64,000 nt of DNA from a virus (IMGVR_UViG_3300037455_000372:235710-299709), one strand, 5' to 3'. Numbered from the stretch's first letter, positions 30,127 through 40,448 are shown. A program made the numbers and translations. The notes: generated by a model from the sequence alone, not told the origin.

Positions 30127-30906
30127 CTAGTAGTTTCTTCCAGAACAGAAGATCTTGTAGTTCTCGCCAGCAGCGGCGGCGTAGCTTGCCCAGTTTCCCG
30201 TCTTGATGAGGGTCTTGAGCGTCACGTTGATGTTCTTGCTGTCCGTCTCGATGATGGACATACCGAACTCGTTACGTTCGCTCTTTTCCGACACTACGCA
30301 GCAGTTGTTAATTACCGGCGTGAACATCCTCACTTGCTCCTGTCTCATTACCCCATCGAAGGCGTGGAGGTTGAGGATAATCTTCGACCTCTGGATATAG
30401 TTAACCAGGTCTTGGCCACGAATACCAGTCGCGATGACAGTCTTGGCGTGGTACTGGCTCATTCCCATCCAAGCTTGGAGAAGCTTCATCCGTCTGTCAG
30501 TCGGCGCACCGTAGAATAGGACATCGATATCCTTTTCTTCCGGAGCCTTGGTCTCGTACATCACTGCGGTCGTGTATTCGAGAGGAACATACTTCGCACG
30601 CAGCCCGAACGAGCCTAGGTACCTGATGTTGTCCAAGTCGTAGTCCCATATTTCGTCGGCCTGTTTTAGCCAGTCGAAGGTGAACTGGTTAGCCCAAACG
30701 CTTCCCGGAAACAGCTGTTCAAGGTTGTAGACGATCACCCTGCAGCCCGGTCTCGTGGCGCGGTACTGCTGGGGGAGCATCTTGGAAGCAGCCGAGCCGA
30801 GCACGACGCAGCTGTTGTCCATTTCCTTCACGTTGGCGTACTTGTTGCATAGCCACTGCTTGACTTCCGTGAAGACGTAGTCGTTGAACGAATCTACCGT
30901 AATCAT
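30127..30906 (-). CDS. Glycosyltransferase-like protein (GT-B type)
   Basis: YNLEQL, DEIWDY, KDIDVLFYG, RSKIILNLH, VVSE. Confidence 0.7.
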   Translation of the reverse strand: MITVDSFNDYVFTEVKQWLCNKYANVKEMDNSCVVLGSAASKMLPQQYRATRPGCRVIVYNLEQLFPGSVWANQFTFDWLKQADEIWDYDLDNIRYLGSFGLRAKYVPLEYTTAVMYETKAPEEKDIDVLFYGAPTDRRMKLLQAWMGMSQYHAKTVIATGIRGQDLVNYIQRSKIILNLHAFDGVMRQEQVRMFTPVINNCCVVSEKSERNEFGMSIIETDSKNINVTLKTLIKTGNWASYAAAAGENYKIFCSGRNY

Positions 30907-32300
30907 TTCTGGACATCCGATAGGTTGACAGCGACCTTGGCGACGACTCGTTCGCCATCGGTGATGAACACGTTCGACTCAGCCGGATAGTAGGCGTGGA
31001 GAACGGTGGTGGCGAATTCGTCGGGACCGACGACACTGGGGTTGATGTACACCTTGGTCATATTGCCGTCCTCGCGAGCGTCGATTGCGCCTTCCGCGCC
31101 AACGTGCCAGTGACCCATAATGGAGACATCGGCGTGGTTGTGGCGGAGGTCGGTACCGATTTTGCGGAGAACGGTGTTTATAGCACCGGCGGCGGCTTGT
31201 GAGCCGTTATAGCGGTCGCCGTGCTCCAGCATCCAACGCTGGTTGCCAATCTGCGTGATAAGGACGGTAGCCTCGTCGTCGAACTCGACCTTGATGTTCT
31301 TCGCTTCGGCTTCGCAACGGTCCTTGATGGTGCTGTAGATGATGTGCTCGTAGTTGTCTTGGCTGCGGTTCTTGCTCTGGAGCTTCTTTCCGGTGCGAGA
31401 ATGGTTACCGACAACACACGAGATAATCACCCGCTTGTACAGCTTGGCATATTCAAGAATGAGACCGATAAGGTACGAGTTGAGGCAGCTGACGCACTTC
31501 GGAGCCGTGTATGCGTTGGTTTCCCTCAATTCGTCGTGGATTTCGCCGGATATTAAGTCACCGAGCATAAGGATATGCAGCTCGTCGCAACCGTAGAGCG
31601 TGGCGAACTTGTAGTTCTCCTCGAACAGCTTGGCGAGACGGTGTTCGGCGATTTCCGGGTTGTACTTGTTGAATCCGAAGCTGATCTGGGGCTGTACAAC
31701 CTCGCCGTAGTGAAGGTCGGAGATGGGAAGCACGTTGTAGAACTTTCCGCCGGACTTACCGGCGTTGACCACCTTGATATTCACTTGGGCTGGCTTGACC
31801 GTCGCTGCAGCGGCGGCCATACGGTTTGCCTTCTGCTTGCCGATGAAAGCTTCAGCTTCGAGCTTCGTCGCACGGCGTTCCGCCTTCTTCAGCTCGCGCT
31901 TGTAGTAAGAAGCCGCGCCACGTTCCTCTTCCTCGGTGTAGTCGAACATCGGGTCCGGTTCGAGCGCGATTTCCTCCATTTCGGGCGGTTCGTCTTGCGG
32001 AGACTTGCGATCCTTCGGGTTCTTCGGCGGCTCGACAGTCCCTTCAGTGGACACCTTCGACTGGATATTTTGGGCAATCTGCTCAGCAATCTTTTTGAAG
32101 GTTTCCGTCGGAAGTTCCTCAGTCATCCAACCGGCGGCGACCAGCTCTTCTTGGAAACAAGAGACGATCGACACGTTCATATCGAAATGTTTGAGGAGTT
32201 TGACGATTCCGCCGTTATTGGCGAGAGAGGGGGTGACGTTGCCCTTCGGCTTTCCAATCACCACCTTGATCTGTTCATTCGATTCAATCGGCTTGCTCAT
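30903..32300 (-). CDS. Calcineurin-like metallophosphoesterase/nuclease
   Basis: SDLHYG, LGDLISG, VGNHSR, EHGD, MGHWH. Confidence 0.85.
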   Translation of the reverse strand: MSKPIESNEQIKVVIGKPKGNVTPSLANNGGIVKLLKHFDMNVSIVSCFQEELVAAGWMTEELPTETFKKIAEQIAQNIQSKVSTEGTVEPPKNPKDRKSPQDEPPEMEEIALEPDPMFDYTEEEERGAASYYKRELKKAERRATKLEAEAFIGKQKANRMAAAAATVKPAQVNIKVVNAGKSGGKFYNVLPISDLHYGEVVQPQISFGFNKYNPEIAEHRLAKLFEENYKFATLYGCDELHILMLGDLISGEIHDELRETNAYTAPKCVSCLNSYLIGLILEYAKLYKRVIISCVVGNHSRTGKKLQSKNRSQDNYEHIIYSTIKDRCEAEAKNIKVEFDDEATVLITQIGNQRWMLEHGDRYNGSQAAAGAINTVLRKIGTDLRHNHADVSIMGHWHVGAEGAIDAREDGNMTKVYINPSVVGPDEFATTVLHAYYPAESNVFITDGERVVAKVAVNLSDVQK

Positions 32301-32483
32301 TCTGTGAGTTCCTTGTGTATACACTAGATAAATTATATCAGTGTGTAACAATGTGTTGACGACATAATAAAAATTCTAAATTTGAATTGCAAATCGCTTT
32401 GAAAATTATTTTTAAAGTGTTGACAGATAACGGAATAAAAATTATATTTAGCGCAACCAACTAAACCCCACGAGGAAACTTAA

Positions 32484-33236
32484 TTGAGCAAACACCGCAA
32501 CCGCCGCAAGGCAAAACGAATATTCCTGACCGTCGAAACAATTATATTGTTGGCACTCGTCGCCGCCGTGTCCTATCTGGCTGGTTCATACACCCACGGG
32601 TTCGACTTGATTTCCGAAAAGCTGACCGCGTCCGCGCTTCACGCCGACTCTATGGGGCTGAAGCTGGACAGTCTCGACGCTCACGTAGCCGCGCTTCACG
32701 AAATCACCGAATCCAACCGTTCCCGTTCCAGACAAATTGCTATGGGGTCGCGCATTATCAAGTCGGTAAGGACTGAAATCGACGCCCGTTATGCGGCGAA
32801 GCTCGCTAGACTGATTTATGACGAATCCGAGTACAACAACAGCATCGAATATCCGTTCTTGCTTGCCATCATAGCGGTCGAGTCAAGATTCAACACGGAA
32901 GCGGTCTCACCGGCTGGAGCCATAGGGCTAGGCCAGCTGATGCCGAAAACCGCCGAAAGTATGGCTCGCCACGCCGGAATGGAGTTCAAGCCGTCTCTGC
33001 TTACCGAGCCTAGGTACAATATCAAGCTGTCTGTACAGTTTCTGACCAAGCTCCATACCCAGTTCGGCAACAATGTGTTGGTCGCAGCCGCTTACAATGG
33101 CGGTCCGGGCGGCGCAATGAAGTACAAGAAATGGATGGACGGCGAGGCCGAACAGGACTCCGTTCATAAGGAAACCGTATCCTATGTGAGCAAGGTAATG
33201 GAAAAATACTATGCTTACAGGTCACTCTTACAGTAG
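32484..33236 (+). CDS. Lytic transglycosylase (SLT) with N-terminal membrane anchor
   Basis: Basic N-terminus plus TM helix; AVESRF, AVSPAGAIGLGQLMP, AAYNGG. Confidence 0.9.
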   Translation: MSKHRNRRKAKRIFLTVETIILLALVAAVSYLAGSYTHGFDLISEKLTASALHADSMGLKLDSLDAHVAALHEITESNRSRSRQIAMGSRIIKSVRTEIDARYAAKLARLIYDESEYNNSIEYPFLLAIIAVESRFNTEAVSPAGAIGLGQLMPKTAESMARHAGMEFKPSLLTEPRYNIKLSVQFLTKLHTQFGNNVLVAAAYNGGPGGAMKYKKWMDGEAEQDSVHKETVSYVSKVMEKYYAYRSLLQ

Positions 33237-33244
33237 GAGGCACT

Positions 33245-33424
33245 ATGTGGACTTTAATTCTCGTATTAACGGTTAATGCTTCGGTTTTTTCGGATCCGCA
33301 AGCTATGATGACCAATATCCCCGGCTACACATCCAAGGAAAACTGCGTAGAGGCTGGCAAATCCCTTGCCAAGGAAAATCAAAAACGCGGTTCTTGGCTT
33401 TTTCATTGTGTCGAAGTAAAATGA
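33245..33424 (+). CDS. Small secreted/membrane protein (59 aa), absent from ORF track
   Basis: GGAGG RBS; MWTLILVLTV...GYTSKENCVEAG...HCVEVK. Confidence 0.65.
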   Translation: MWTLILVLTVNASVFSDPQAMMTNIPGYTSKENCVEAGKSLAKENQKRGSWLFHCVEVK

Positions 33425-33425
33425 G

Positions 33426-33454
33426 TTGACAACTCGCGAGCAAATTCCTATATT
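33426..33454 (+). promoter_or_regulatory. Sigma70-like promoter, leaderless thyX
   Basis: TTGACA-N17-TATATT-N6-ATG. Confidence 0.8.
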
Positions 33455-33460
33455 TAGAGT

Positions 33461-34192
33461 ATGAGTATTCAAATTTTATCAATTACGAACAATCCGCTCC
33501 AGTTCATCGGTCGTTGCGCTGGAATCTGCTGGAATTCCCCCATTGACGACCCCGAAAAGAACATCGCACGCGCCAAGGACTGCATCGAAAGCGACCACGG
33601 TCGTGTTGAAGAATTTCCGGACATTACCGTCGTGTTTGACGGCTACTCGGCCAGAATGATGCGCGAATTGTACACGCACATCGGCGGTAGTCCGACCCGT
33701 CTGCAGTCGTCCACTCGCTACGTGAACGAAAAGAATTTCAAGCATTACACTCCGCCTTCTTGCCAGAAGGAAGGTGTCAAGGAAGTCTACGAAGAAGCTA
33801 TGCAGCACGACGCCGAAGTGTATGGAAAGCTTATCGAGTTGGGCGTACCTCGTGAAGATGCGGCTAACAAGCTTCCCCTTGGAATGGAATCCAAGATGGT
33901 TTGGAAGGTCAATCTCCGTACGCTGATCAACTTCTTCAACCGCCGTCTCTGCACTCGTGCGCTGAAGGAAATCCGCGACTTCACGCTTGAATTTAAGAAT
34001 GTATTCAAATCGGTCGATGACGAATGGAAGTGGATTGCCGATAACCTCTTCGTACCGTCGTGCGAGAAGTACAAATTTATGAACTCGGCTCTTTGCTTCT
34101 GCCACGAAAAGAAGGGTTGCGGTCGTCATCCGTACATCAAGGACTTGATTATTAGCACAAACAAGGAAGGACAGAATGGAAATCAACATTAA
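33461..34192 (+). CDS. thyX: FAD-dependent thymidylate synthase
   Basis: DHGRVEEF, RELYTH..RLQSSTRY, PREDA..LP, NLRTL..RLC. Confidence 0.9.
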   Translation: MSIQILSITNNPLQFIGRCAGICWNSPIDDPEKNIARAKDCIESDHGRVEEFPDITVVFDGYSARMMRELYTHIGGSPTRLQSSTRYVNEKNFKHYTPPSCQKEGVKEVYEEAMQHDAEVYGKLIELGVPREDAANKLPLGMESKMVWKVNLRTLINFFNRRLCTRALKEIRDFTLEFKNVFKSVDDEWKWIADNLFVPSCEKYKFMNSALCFCHEKKGCGRHPYIKDLIISTNKEGQNGNQH

Positions 34193-34952
34193 CGACTACA
34201 CCAGACAACTCGCTGCCGTGGATTTTATCAAGCAGTGGAAGCCTAACCCGAACAACTCCGCAAAGAATCCAGCCGACGACATCGCTTGGCGTGCTGGGAA
34301 GATTCGCGATATGCTCAATATGATGGATTCCGAAGCGGAAGCCGTGAAGCAGTTGCTCGACTGTGATGTCCAGATTAAGAACCGTCCCAAGAATCTGCCG
34401 TCGATTGACCGTGTGTACGGTTTGCTCAAGGATGACAACGCAAAGCGTCGCAACCACTACAATCGCATCCTCAACACGTTCCAAGACCGTTTCGACGTGT
34501 GGAGCGAAGTGAACCAGATGGATGCCCACATCTATGCGGCTACCCTCGACCGTTTCACCGACAAGATGCAAGAAAACCGCTTCGAACCGGGCATTGAAAA
34601 CTACAAATTGCTCAAGCGTATTGACAAAACCGACGAATCGTTCTGGAAGAAGCTTGACGAACACACCAAGTATCACGATTACCAAGCGTACTACAACAAG
34701 CGTTTGGTAAAGCACGAACCCTTCAATCCGGAAGTCGACAAGCTCCCCGATGGCGCAAACTTCTACCGCGTGTTCACTTATCTTGGCCGTATGACGGATT
34801 CTCACCGTCCGCTGTTCGCAATGCTGTACATCACTCATTCGACCGGCGATATCAAGACCGACTTGTCGAAACTGCCCAGCAAGTGGAAGCCGATTTACAT
34901 TGCACTCCCTCAGATCAAGCCCGACACTCGTGGCGGCGTTATTACAGGTTGA
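34176..34952 (+). CDS. Hypothetical protein
   Basis: 258 aa ORF in operon between thyX and ligA. Confidence 0.75.
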   Translation: MEININDYTRQLAAVDFIKQWKPNPNNSAKNPADDIAWRAGKIRDMLNMMDSEAEAVKQLLDCDVQIKNRPKNLPSIDRVYGLLKDDNAKRRNHYNRILNTFQDRFDVWSEVNQMDAHIYAATLDRFTDKMQENRFEPGIENYKLLKRIDKTDESFWKKLDEHTKYHDYQAYYNKRLVKHEPFNPEVDKLPDGANFYRVFTYLGRMTDSHRPLFAMLYITHSTGDIKTDLSKLPSKWKPIYIALPQIKPDTRGGVITG

Positions 34953-34956
34953 TGAT

Positions 34957-37092
34957 ATGATTCAGACGTATGGTGAATACTGTAAAGTCGTTGACGAATT
35001 GAAGGAACTCGCCAAGGCGTACTATGACGGAAACGAAAAGGTGTCCGACGCCGTCTATGATGCCAAGGAACGCGAACTCCGCGCCTTCGAAATCGCCAAC
35101 CCGGACTTGGTTCTCGAAGACTCGCCGACTCGTAAAGTCTACGGTGCGCCGACTAGCGGTTTCCGTAAGGTTGCCCACAAGACTCCTATGGGGTCAATCA
35201 AGGACGCCCGTGGAATCGATGAAGCGTGCGCCTATGTCCGCAAGGTCAAGGAGCAGTACGGCGTTCAGTTCGTCGAACTCGAATACAAGCTTGATGGCGC
35301 AAGTCTCGCATTGATTTACAAGGATGGGGTTCTTGTCGATGCGGTGACTCGCGGTCAAGACAACGTAGGCGACTCCGTTGTCGAGAACGCCGTCAAGATC
35401 CAGGGCGTGAAGACCACTATTAAGCGTAAGGGTGACGTGGAAATCCGTGGTGAAACGCTCTGGAATTTCGAGGATTTCGAACAGTTCAACGAACAGCTCG
35501 AAGCTGAAGGCAAGAAGGAACTGATTTCCAATCCGCGTAACGGCGCGGCGGCCTCCTTGCACTTGAAGTGTCCCGACGACGTGGAACGCCGTAAGCTGAG
35601 GTTCACCGCCTATATCGTGGCCGAAGGCTCCGAAAGCTCCACCCAGATTGGCGACGTGGAATACCTCGAATCCGAAGGCTTTGAAGTACCGCCGCACGTC
35701 GTGGTCGATATCTCTGGTGATGACGGCATCGAAAAGTTCAAGGAAGCTGCGGAAAAGCTCCGCGAGAACCGTTTCAATATGCCGTATCCCATTGACGGTG
35801 TGGTCGTCAAGGTCAACGACAAGACTCTCCACGACGAGATGGGCTACACGTCGAAGTTCCCCAACTTCTACAGTGCCTACAAGTTCCCGCCGGAGGAAAA
35901 GGACACTGTGCTTCTCGGCATCGAAGAGTCCATCGGACCGTCTGGTGCGATTACGCCGATTGCCGTGTTCGAGACAATCTCTCTTGCGATGACCAACGTG
36001 TCTCGTTGTTCTCTGCATAACTGGAACTTGGTCGAATACTTCGGTATGTACAAGGGTTGCCACGTCAGAATCCGCAAGGCTGGCGAAATCATCCCGGAAA
36101 TCGTTATGTGCGTGGAAACAGGGGTTTCCAAGGACGATTACGACTTGATTACGGCTACCAACGGTAAAGTCGAACGCTATGTCGACCGGGTACTTTCCAA
36201 GAGACTTATTGGAAACGACAAGGAATTCTATCTTAGGCCGACGGAATGTCCGTTCTGCCACGCTCCGCTTCGTCACGCGACGAACGCGAAGGGTGAGGAT
36301 CTGGTCGACTGGGTTTGCGATAACCCGGAATGTACTGCCCAGATGGTCGAAAAGGTCAAGAATTTCGCCGACCGCAAGGTTATGAATATCCGTGGCTTTG
36401 GCGAAAAGATGATTCAGAAGCTTTTCGATGCTGGCAAAATCGGAACCTTCGACGACATTTACCGTCTGACCGCCCAAGATTTGATGGACGCTTGTGGTTG
36501 CCGCGAGGCGAAGGCCAAGGAACATATCGCGAATATCGAGAAGTCCAAGGGTAACTATCTCCATCAGTGGATTGAAGGTTTTGGAATCAGCGGTATCGGC
36601 CATACGGCTTCGCCGGTGCTTGCGGAATGCATCAACCAGTGCGGCGGTATGAAGGAATTTGTCGGCCCCGAAGCAATCAATCGCTTGGAATCGCTCACTT
36701 TCTACGCAAAGAAAGCTGGCCTTACCGACACTCTGATTGACAAGTTCGGCGAGTTCATCAAGAACCAGCAAGTGATGCTTGGAAACCTCGTGGCGGCTGG
36801 TATTCCCTTTACCGTGAAGGAAAGCAACATCAAGTCCACCAAGCTCAAAGACCGCGTCTGCATTATGACTGGCGTGTTCGACAAGCTCGGTCGCGAGGAG
36901 TTCAAGGAAATGGTCGTTGCCAATGGCGGCAAGGTTTGTTCCGGTATCACCAAGAAGACCAACCTTGTCCTTATGGGCGACAATGCCGGACCGGCAAAGA
37001 AGACGGCAATCGAAGAACTGCAGAATGCTGGGTTCAAGATTGATGTCTATACGCCGGACACTCTCCAAGAGTTCCTTGACCTCTTGGCATAA
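34957..37092 (+). CDS. ligA: NAD-dependent DNA ligase
   Basis: EYKLDG, TRG, EIRGE, NPRN, DGVVVK, AYKF, KAGEIIP, zinc finger, BRCT. Confidence 0.97.
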   Translation: MIQTYGEYCKVVDELKELAKAYYDGNEKVSDAVYDAKERELRAFEIANPDLVLEDSPTRKVYGAPTSGFRKVAHKTPMGSIKDARGIDEACAYVRKVKEQYGVQFVELEYKLDGASLALIYKDGVLVDAVTRGQDNVGDSVVENAVKIQGVKTTIKRKGDVEIRGETLWNFEDFEQFNEQLEAEGKKELISNPRNGAAASLHLKCPDDVERRKLRFTAYIVAEGSESSTQIGDVEYLESEGFEVPPHVVVDISGDDGIEKFKEAAEKLRENRFNMPYPIDGVVVKVNDKTLHDEMGYTSKFPNFYSAYKFPPEEKDTVLLGIEESIGPSGAITPIAVFETISLAMTNVSRCSLHNWNLVEYFGMYKGCHVRIRKAGEIIPEIVMCVETGVSKDDYDLITATNGKVERYVDRVLSKRLIGNDKEFYLRPTECPFCHAPLRHATNAKGEDLVDWVCDNPECTAQMVEKVKNFADRKVMNIRGFGEKMIQKLFDAGKIGTFDDIYRLTAQDLMDACGCREAKAKEHIANIEKSKGNYLHQWIEGFGISGIGHTASPVLAECINQCGGMKEFVGPEAINRLESLTFYAKKAGLTDTLIDKFGEFIKNQQVMLGNLVAAGIPFTVKESNIKSTKLKDRVCIMTGVFDKLGREEFKEMVVANGGKVCSGITKKTNLVLMGDNAGPAKKTAIEELQNAGFKIDVYTPDTLQEFLDLLA

Positions 37093-37107
37093 CAAAAGGA
37101 GACCCTT

Positions 37108-37497
37108 ATGCAACTCTTTACCGTAGACAGACCCAAGGAATTCATTTCCGACGGCGGCAATCCCAGTGGGACGACCGCGACTATCCAGTTCCGTTATTCG
37201 GAAATGGTGCTTCTTGAACACGCCTTGAATGCCTACAAGGAAAGATGCGAGGCCGAAGGGGAAGCGATTAGCGAAGACGACAAACTCTTAATGTGGCAGT
37301 TCCGTGCGTTGCGCGGCCTCTTGAAGCACGGTGCTCCGGACGGGTTTGACGCCGAGCTATATGTTCACGAAATCAAGCACGGAAAGACGTGCTTTGATGA
37401 TGAAATCGAAGAAGAGAAGGAAAGGATGAAACAGCATGGCAGCACAGTCGAAACAGAAAACTCCGCGAAAGCTCGCGGTCAGTCTAAAAAGAAGTAA
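37108..37497 (+). CDS. Hypothetical protein
   Basis: AGGAG RBS. Confidence 0.7.
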   Translation: MQLFTVDRPKEFISDGGNPSGTTATIQFRYSEMVLLEHALNAYKERCEAEGEAISEDDKLLMWQFRALRGLLKHGAPDGFDAELYVHEIKHGKTCFDDEIEEEKERMKQHGSTVETENSAKARGQSKKK

Positions 37498-38194
37498 GCC
37501 CAAGGCGGACGACGGCGGAATGGTCGTATTTCCGACGGCATCCGGGAAGCTCGCCACTACTTGGATTAAGAATGTCGACAACATCATTTCCGAGGGTACC
37601 GGAAATATCAGCGTTGACCGGCTGAAGGTTATGCAGGGGAAGCTCAAGACCGCATTGGACTTGGTAACCAACCGAATTACCGAGGAAGAAGTCAAACAGT
37701 CCGAAAAGAAATCTGTCAAGCGCAAGTATGAGATGCTGAACGATTTCTGCAAGAACTGGGTAGGCAAGGCGGTTTGTTTGCGTATGCGCGACCATCACAG
37801 TCCGGCTCTAACGTTGCTCGTATGTAAAGTCGAGATAGGCACTGACCAAATCGTGCGTATCGAAGGTGTACGATATAACTATAAGGATGATTGTGGTGTG
37901 TCTACGCTTTCCAATTATATCGTAAATGTGTCGGTTGAAAACATTACGGTGCAAGACCGTATCTGCTTCTATACGATAGATCCAGGGAAGCCGTACGAAC
38001 TGGTGATAGATGTCGGCAGAACAACGCCAATTAACGCAGAAACCATTATCAAATTTGTGGAAACCACGGCGAAAATGGTTGCAATGTGCAAAGAAAAACA
38101 GCCGGACCCGAAGAAACCAGAGGTAAATAAATGTCAAAACAAAGTGAAACTGAAAAGAAAGTTCGTGCGACCGGAACGCTTGTCTTCAAAGTAA
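37436..38194 (+). CDS. Hypothetical protein
   Basis: 252 aa ORF in operon. Confidence 0.65.
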   Translation: MAAQSKQKTPRKLAVSLKRSKPKADDGGMVVFPTASGKLATTWIKNVDNIISEGTGNISVDRLKVMQGKLKTALDLVTNRITEEEVKQSEKKSVKRKYEMLNDFCKNWVGKAVCLRMRDHHSPALTLLVCKVEIGTDQIVRIEGVRYNYKDDCGVSTLSNYIVNVSVENITVQDRICFYTIDPGKPYELVIDVGRTTPINAETIIKFVETTAKMVAMCKEKQPDPKKPEVNKCQNKVKLKRKFVRPERLSSK

Positions 38195-39321
38195 TTTCCG
38201 GTTCTACATCGTTTGGCCTGAATACGCCTACTTCGGATATTGATATCCGTGGCGTCTATGTGTTGCCGTGGACAGAACGAATCCGTCAAGACGTGGGCGA
38301 CCAGATTGCTGACGCTACCAATGACGAGACGTACTGGGAAATCACCAAGTTTTTCCGCGAGCTTTCTCGTGCAAATCCGCAAGCACTCGAAATGCTGTAC
38401 TCTCCGGATAACTGCATCCTCGAAGGCAAGGAGTATCTGGAGAAGATTCGCGAAGAGATGGACTTCGTCACGCGCCGTTGCGAGAAGACATTCGTCGAAT
38501 ACGCCAAGGGTCAGATCAACCGCGCTCGCGGTATGAACAAGAAGGTGTTCAATCCGCAAGCGGCGAATCCGCCCAAGATTCTCGACTTCTGCTATGTTCC
38601 GATGCCGAACGGAACCGCTGTCCCGGTAAAGGAATGGCTGAAGACCCACGAGAATGACGAATACGGTTCCGACCAGAAATGGTACTCCGTCGCCGCTATC
38701 GACCACATCGATATGGGGTTCGCCATCTATGGCCAGTCCAAGAACGAACGTGACGTTCCTAACCTCAATGAACACGAATGGCGTTGGGCGTACGGTATCG
38801 TCCGTAACGAGGACACTAGCTGCGAAATCCAGCTGAACTCCATACCGAAGGGTAAGGTGATGCTCGGCGTGATGATCTACAACAAGAACGCGTTCTCGAA
38901 GGCTTGCAAGGAACATTCCGAGTACAAGGAATGGGTCGCGAAGCGAAACCCGGAGCGTTACGAGACCACCATTGCTCACGGTCAGGGTTACGACGCCAAG
39001 AATATGATGCATTGCATCAGGCTTCTGTTCACGGCTCGCGACATCGCGATGACTCACCGTGTCGTGGTCAGCCGCAAGAACGAGCGCGACTTCTTGCTGA
39101 ACATCAAGAACGGCGGCTGGAGCTATGACGACGCGGTTTCCTACGCTGAAAAGCTGGTGTCGGAAGTCACGACGCTGTTCGCGAACTCTCAGCTCCGTAC
39201 TACCGACTACACGGTGCGCGAAATCGACGACTATACGATTAAGTTCATCCGTTATGTCGAGTGGAAGACGGCACGTCGTGGATCGACCAAATGGTTTAGC
39301 CGTTTCTTCCAGAAAAAGTAA
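38131..39321 (+). CDS. Pol-beta-superfamily nucleotidyltransferase (RlaP/YcgL-like)
   Basis: GSTSFGLNTPTSDIDIRG, NPQALEML, YDAKNMMHCIRL. Confidence 0.85.
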   Translation: MSKQSETEKKVRATGTLVFKVISGSTSFGLNTPTSDIDIRGVYVLPWTERIRQDVGDQIADATNDETYWEITKFFRELSRANPQALEMLYSPDNCILEGKEYLEKIREEMDFVTRRCEKTFVEYAKGQINRARGMNKKVFNPQAANPPKILDFCYVPMPNGTAVPVKEWLKTHENDEYGSDQKWYSVAAIDHIDMGFAIYGQSKNERDVPNLNEHEWRWAYGIVRNEDTSCEIQLNSIPKGKVMLGVMIYNKNAFSKACKEHSEYKEWVAKRNPERYETTIAHGQGYDAKNMMHCIRLLFTARDIAMTHRVVVSRKNERDFLLNIKNGGWSYDDAVSYAEKLVSEVTTLFANSQLRTTDYTVREIDDYTIKFIRYVEWKTARRGSTKWFSRFFQKK

Positions 39322-39355
39322 TGGGTAAAATAAGAAAAAACAACGGCTCGAAGAA

Positions 39356-39384
39356 TTGACATTTTCGAGCCGTTTTGCTATATT
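39356..39384 (+). promoter_or_regulatory. Sigma70-like promoter, leaderless, overlapped by a hairpin
   Basis: TTGACA-N17-TATATT-N6-ATG(39391); inverted repeat 39342-39376. Confidence 0.75.
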
Positions 39385-39390
39385 TAGGCT

Positions 39391-39588
39391 ATGTCAGACA
39401 AAAAGAAAAAAGAGTTGAGGCGAGTCCGTGTGTCTGTGACGGACTCCAACGGCACGGATATCGAAACGTACCGTATAATCGTTCCTCCGGATTCCACGAC
39501 CGAAAAAGAAATGGAATGGCGTATGGAATATGTGAAGGGGTTCGGTACTTGGGGTATCGAATCCGACGATTTAATCAAGGAGATTTAA
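39391..39588 (+). CDS. Small hypothetical protein
   Basis: 65 aa directly downstream of promoter. Confidence 0.7.
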   Translation: MSDKKKKELRRVRVSVTDSNGTDIETYRIIVPPDSTTEKEMEWRMEYVKGFGTWGIESDDLIKEI

Positions 39589-39589
39589 A

Positions 39590-40300
39590 ATGGTCGACAA
39601 TAGCGTTGAAATCAAGAAGCTGATGCATTGGGAAATGGAAGGCGACGTGTACTACGTCCAAGTTATGAGGCGAGCCAAGGACGGTGCCGACCACGACGGC
39701 CCCGTTAAGGATTTCCATATCCACAGCCTTGAACAGTTCGACCGTGAATACCCCGAAATGAAGCGTCTTGCCGAGCTGCACAAGGCTCGCGTTATGATTC
39801 GTCTTAATCAGCGCAACACGATGGACGCGAACATTCTTACCCAGATGGACACGCTCCGTACCCAGCTCGAAATCAACCGCGTTCTCCGCAAGATCAAGCG
39901 TACCGGCGACGCTACGCTCGGTCTGCCGAACATCCAGTCCGCGCACAAGAGTTACAGCAGTGCTCTCGGTAGGTGCAATACCGAGGCGTCCGAGACTCGC
40001 AAGTGGATTATCGACATCGACCCGGATATGGTTGACCCGAACAAGCCGGGGTTCGAATCTCTTGACGAAATTGCAGAGACCTTCGGCAAGTTCATCGTAG
40101 AGAACTGCGCCAAGAAGGAAAAGAAGACCGGTAACTTGGTTGTTCCGAAGCTCTACTGCAAGCTTCCGTCCAAGCACGGCCTCCATCTGGTCACTAGTAC
40201 GTTTGCGGTCGATACGTTCACGAAACACTTCGGCAAGCCCAAGAACCAGCAAGGCTACATTATGGACGACGCCAACACAAACCTTTACATTCCGGATTAG
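39590..40300 (+). CDS. Hypothetical phage protein, possible primase-polymerase (AEP)-like fold
   Basis: KWIIDID and PSKHGLHLV resemble AEP motifs I and II. Confidence 0.55.
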   Translation: MVDNSVEIKKLMHWEMEGDVYYVQVMRRAKDGADHDGPVKDFHIHSLEQFDREYPEMKRLAELHKARVMIRLNQRNTMDANILTQMDTLRTQLEINRVLRKIKRTGDATLGLPNIQSAHKSYSSALGRCNTEASETRKWIIDIDPDMVDPNKPGFESLDEIAETFGKFIVENCAKKEKKTGNLVVPKLYCKLPSKHGLHLVTSTFAVDTFTKHFGKPKNQQGYIMDDANTNLYIPD

Positions 40301-40304
40301 TTGT

Positions 40305-40448
40305 ATGGGGATTAAGGAATTCAAGAAAACTATCGACAAGGCGGCTAAAACCGCCAAGTTCGCTATGTATGTGATTATGGTGGCTCGTATCGTGGTCGCC
40401 TTGTATCTGCGTGTCCATAAAGGCTTAGATGACGAAGATTATGAATAA
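40305..40448 (+). CDS. Small membrane protein
   Basis: MGIKEFKK... with a hydrophobic stretch; fills operon gap. Confidence 0.5.
   Translation: MGIKEFKKTIDKAAKTAKFAMYVIMVARIVVALYLRVHKGLDDEDYE

Noticed and set aside
35194-37221. Long antisense ORFs (675 aa here; also 9714-11117, 43044-44285, 60133-61464, 61830-63302)
   Set aside because: They lie opposite well-supported genes and have no motifs; they are shadow frames expected from codon bias.
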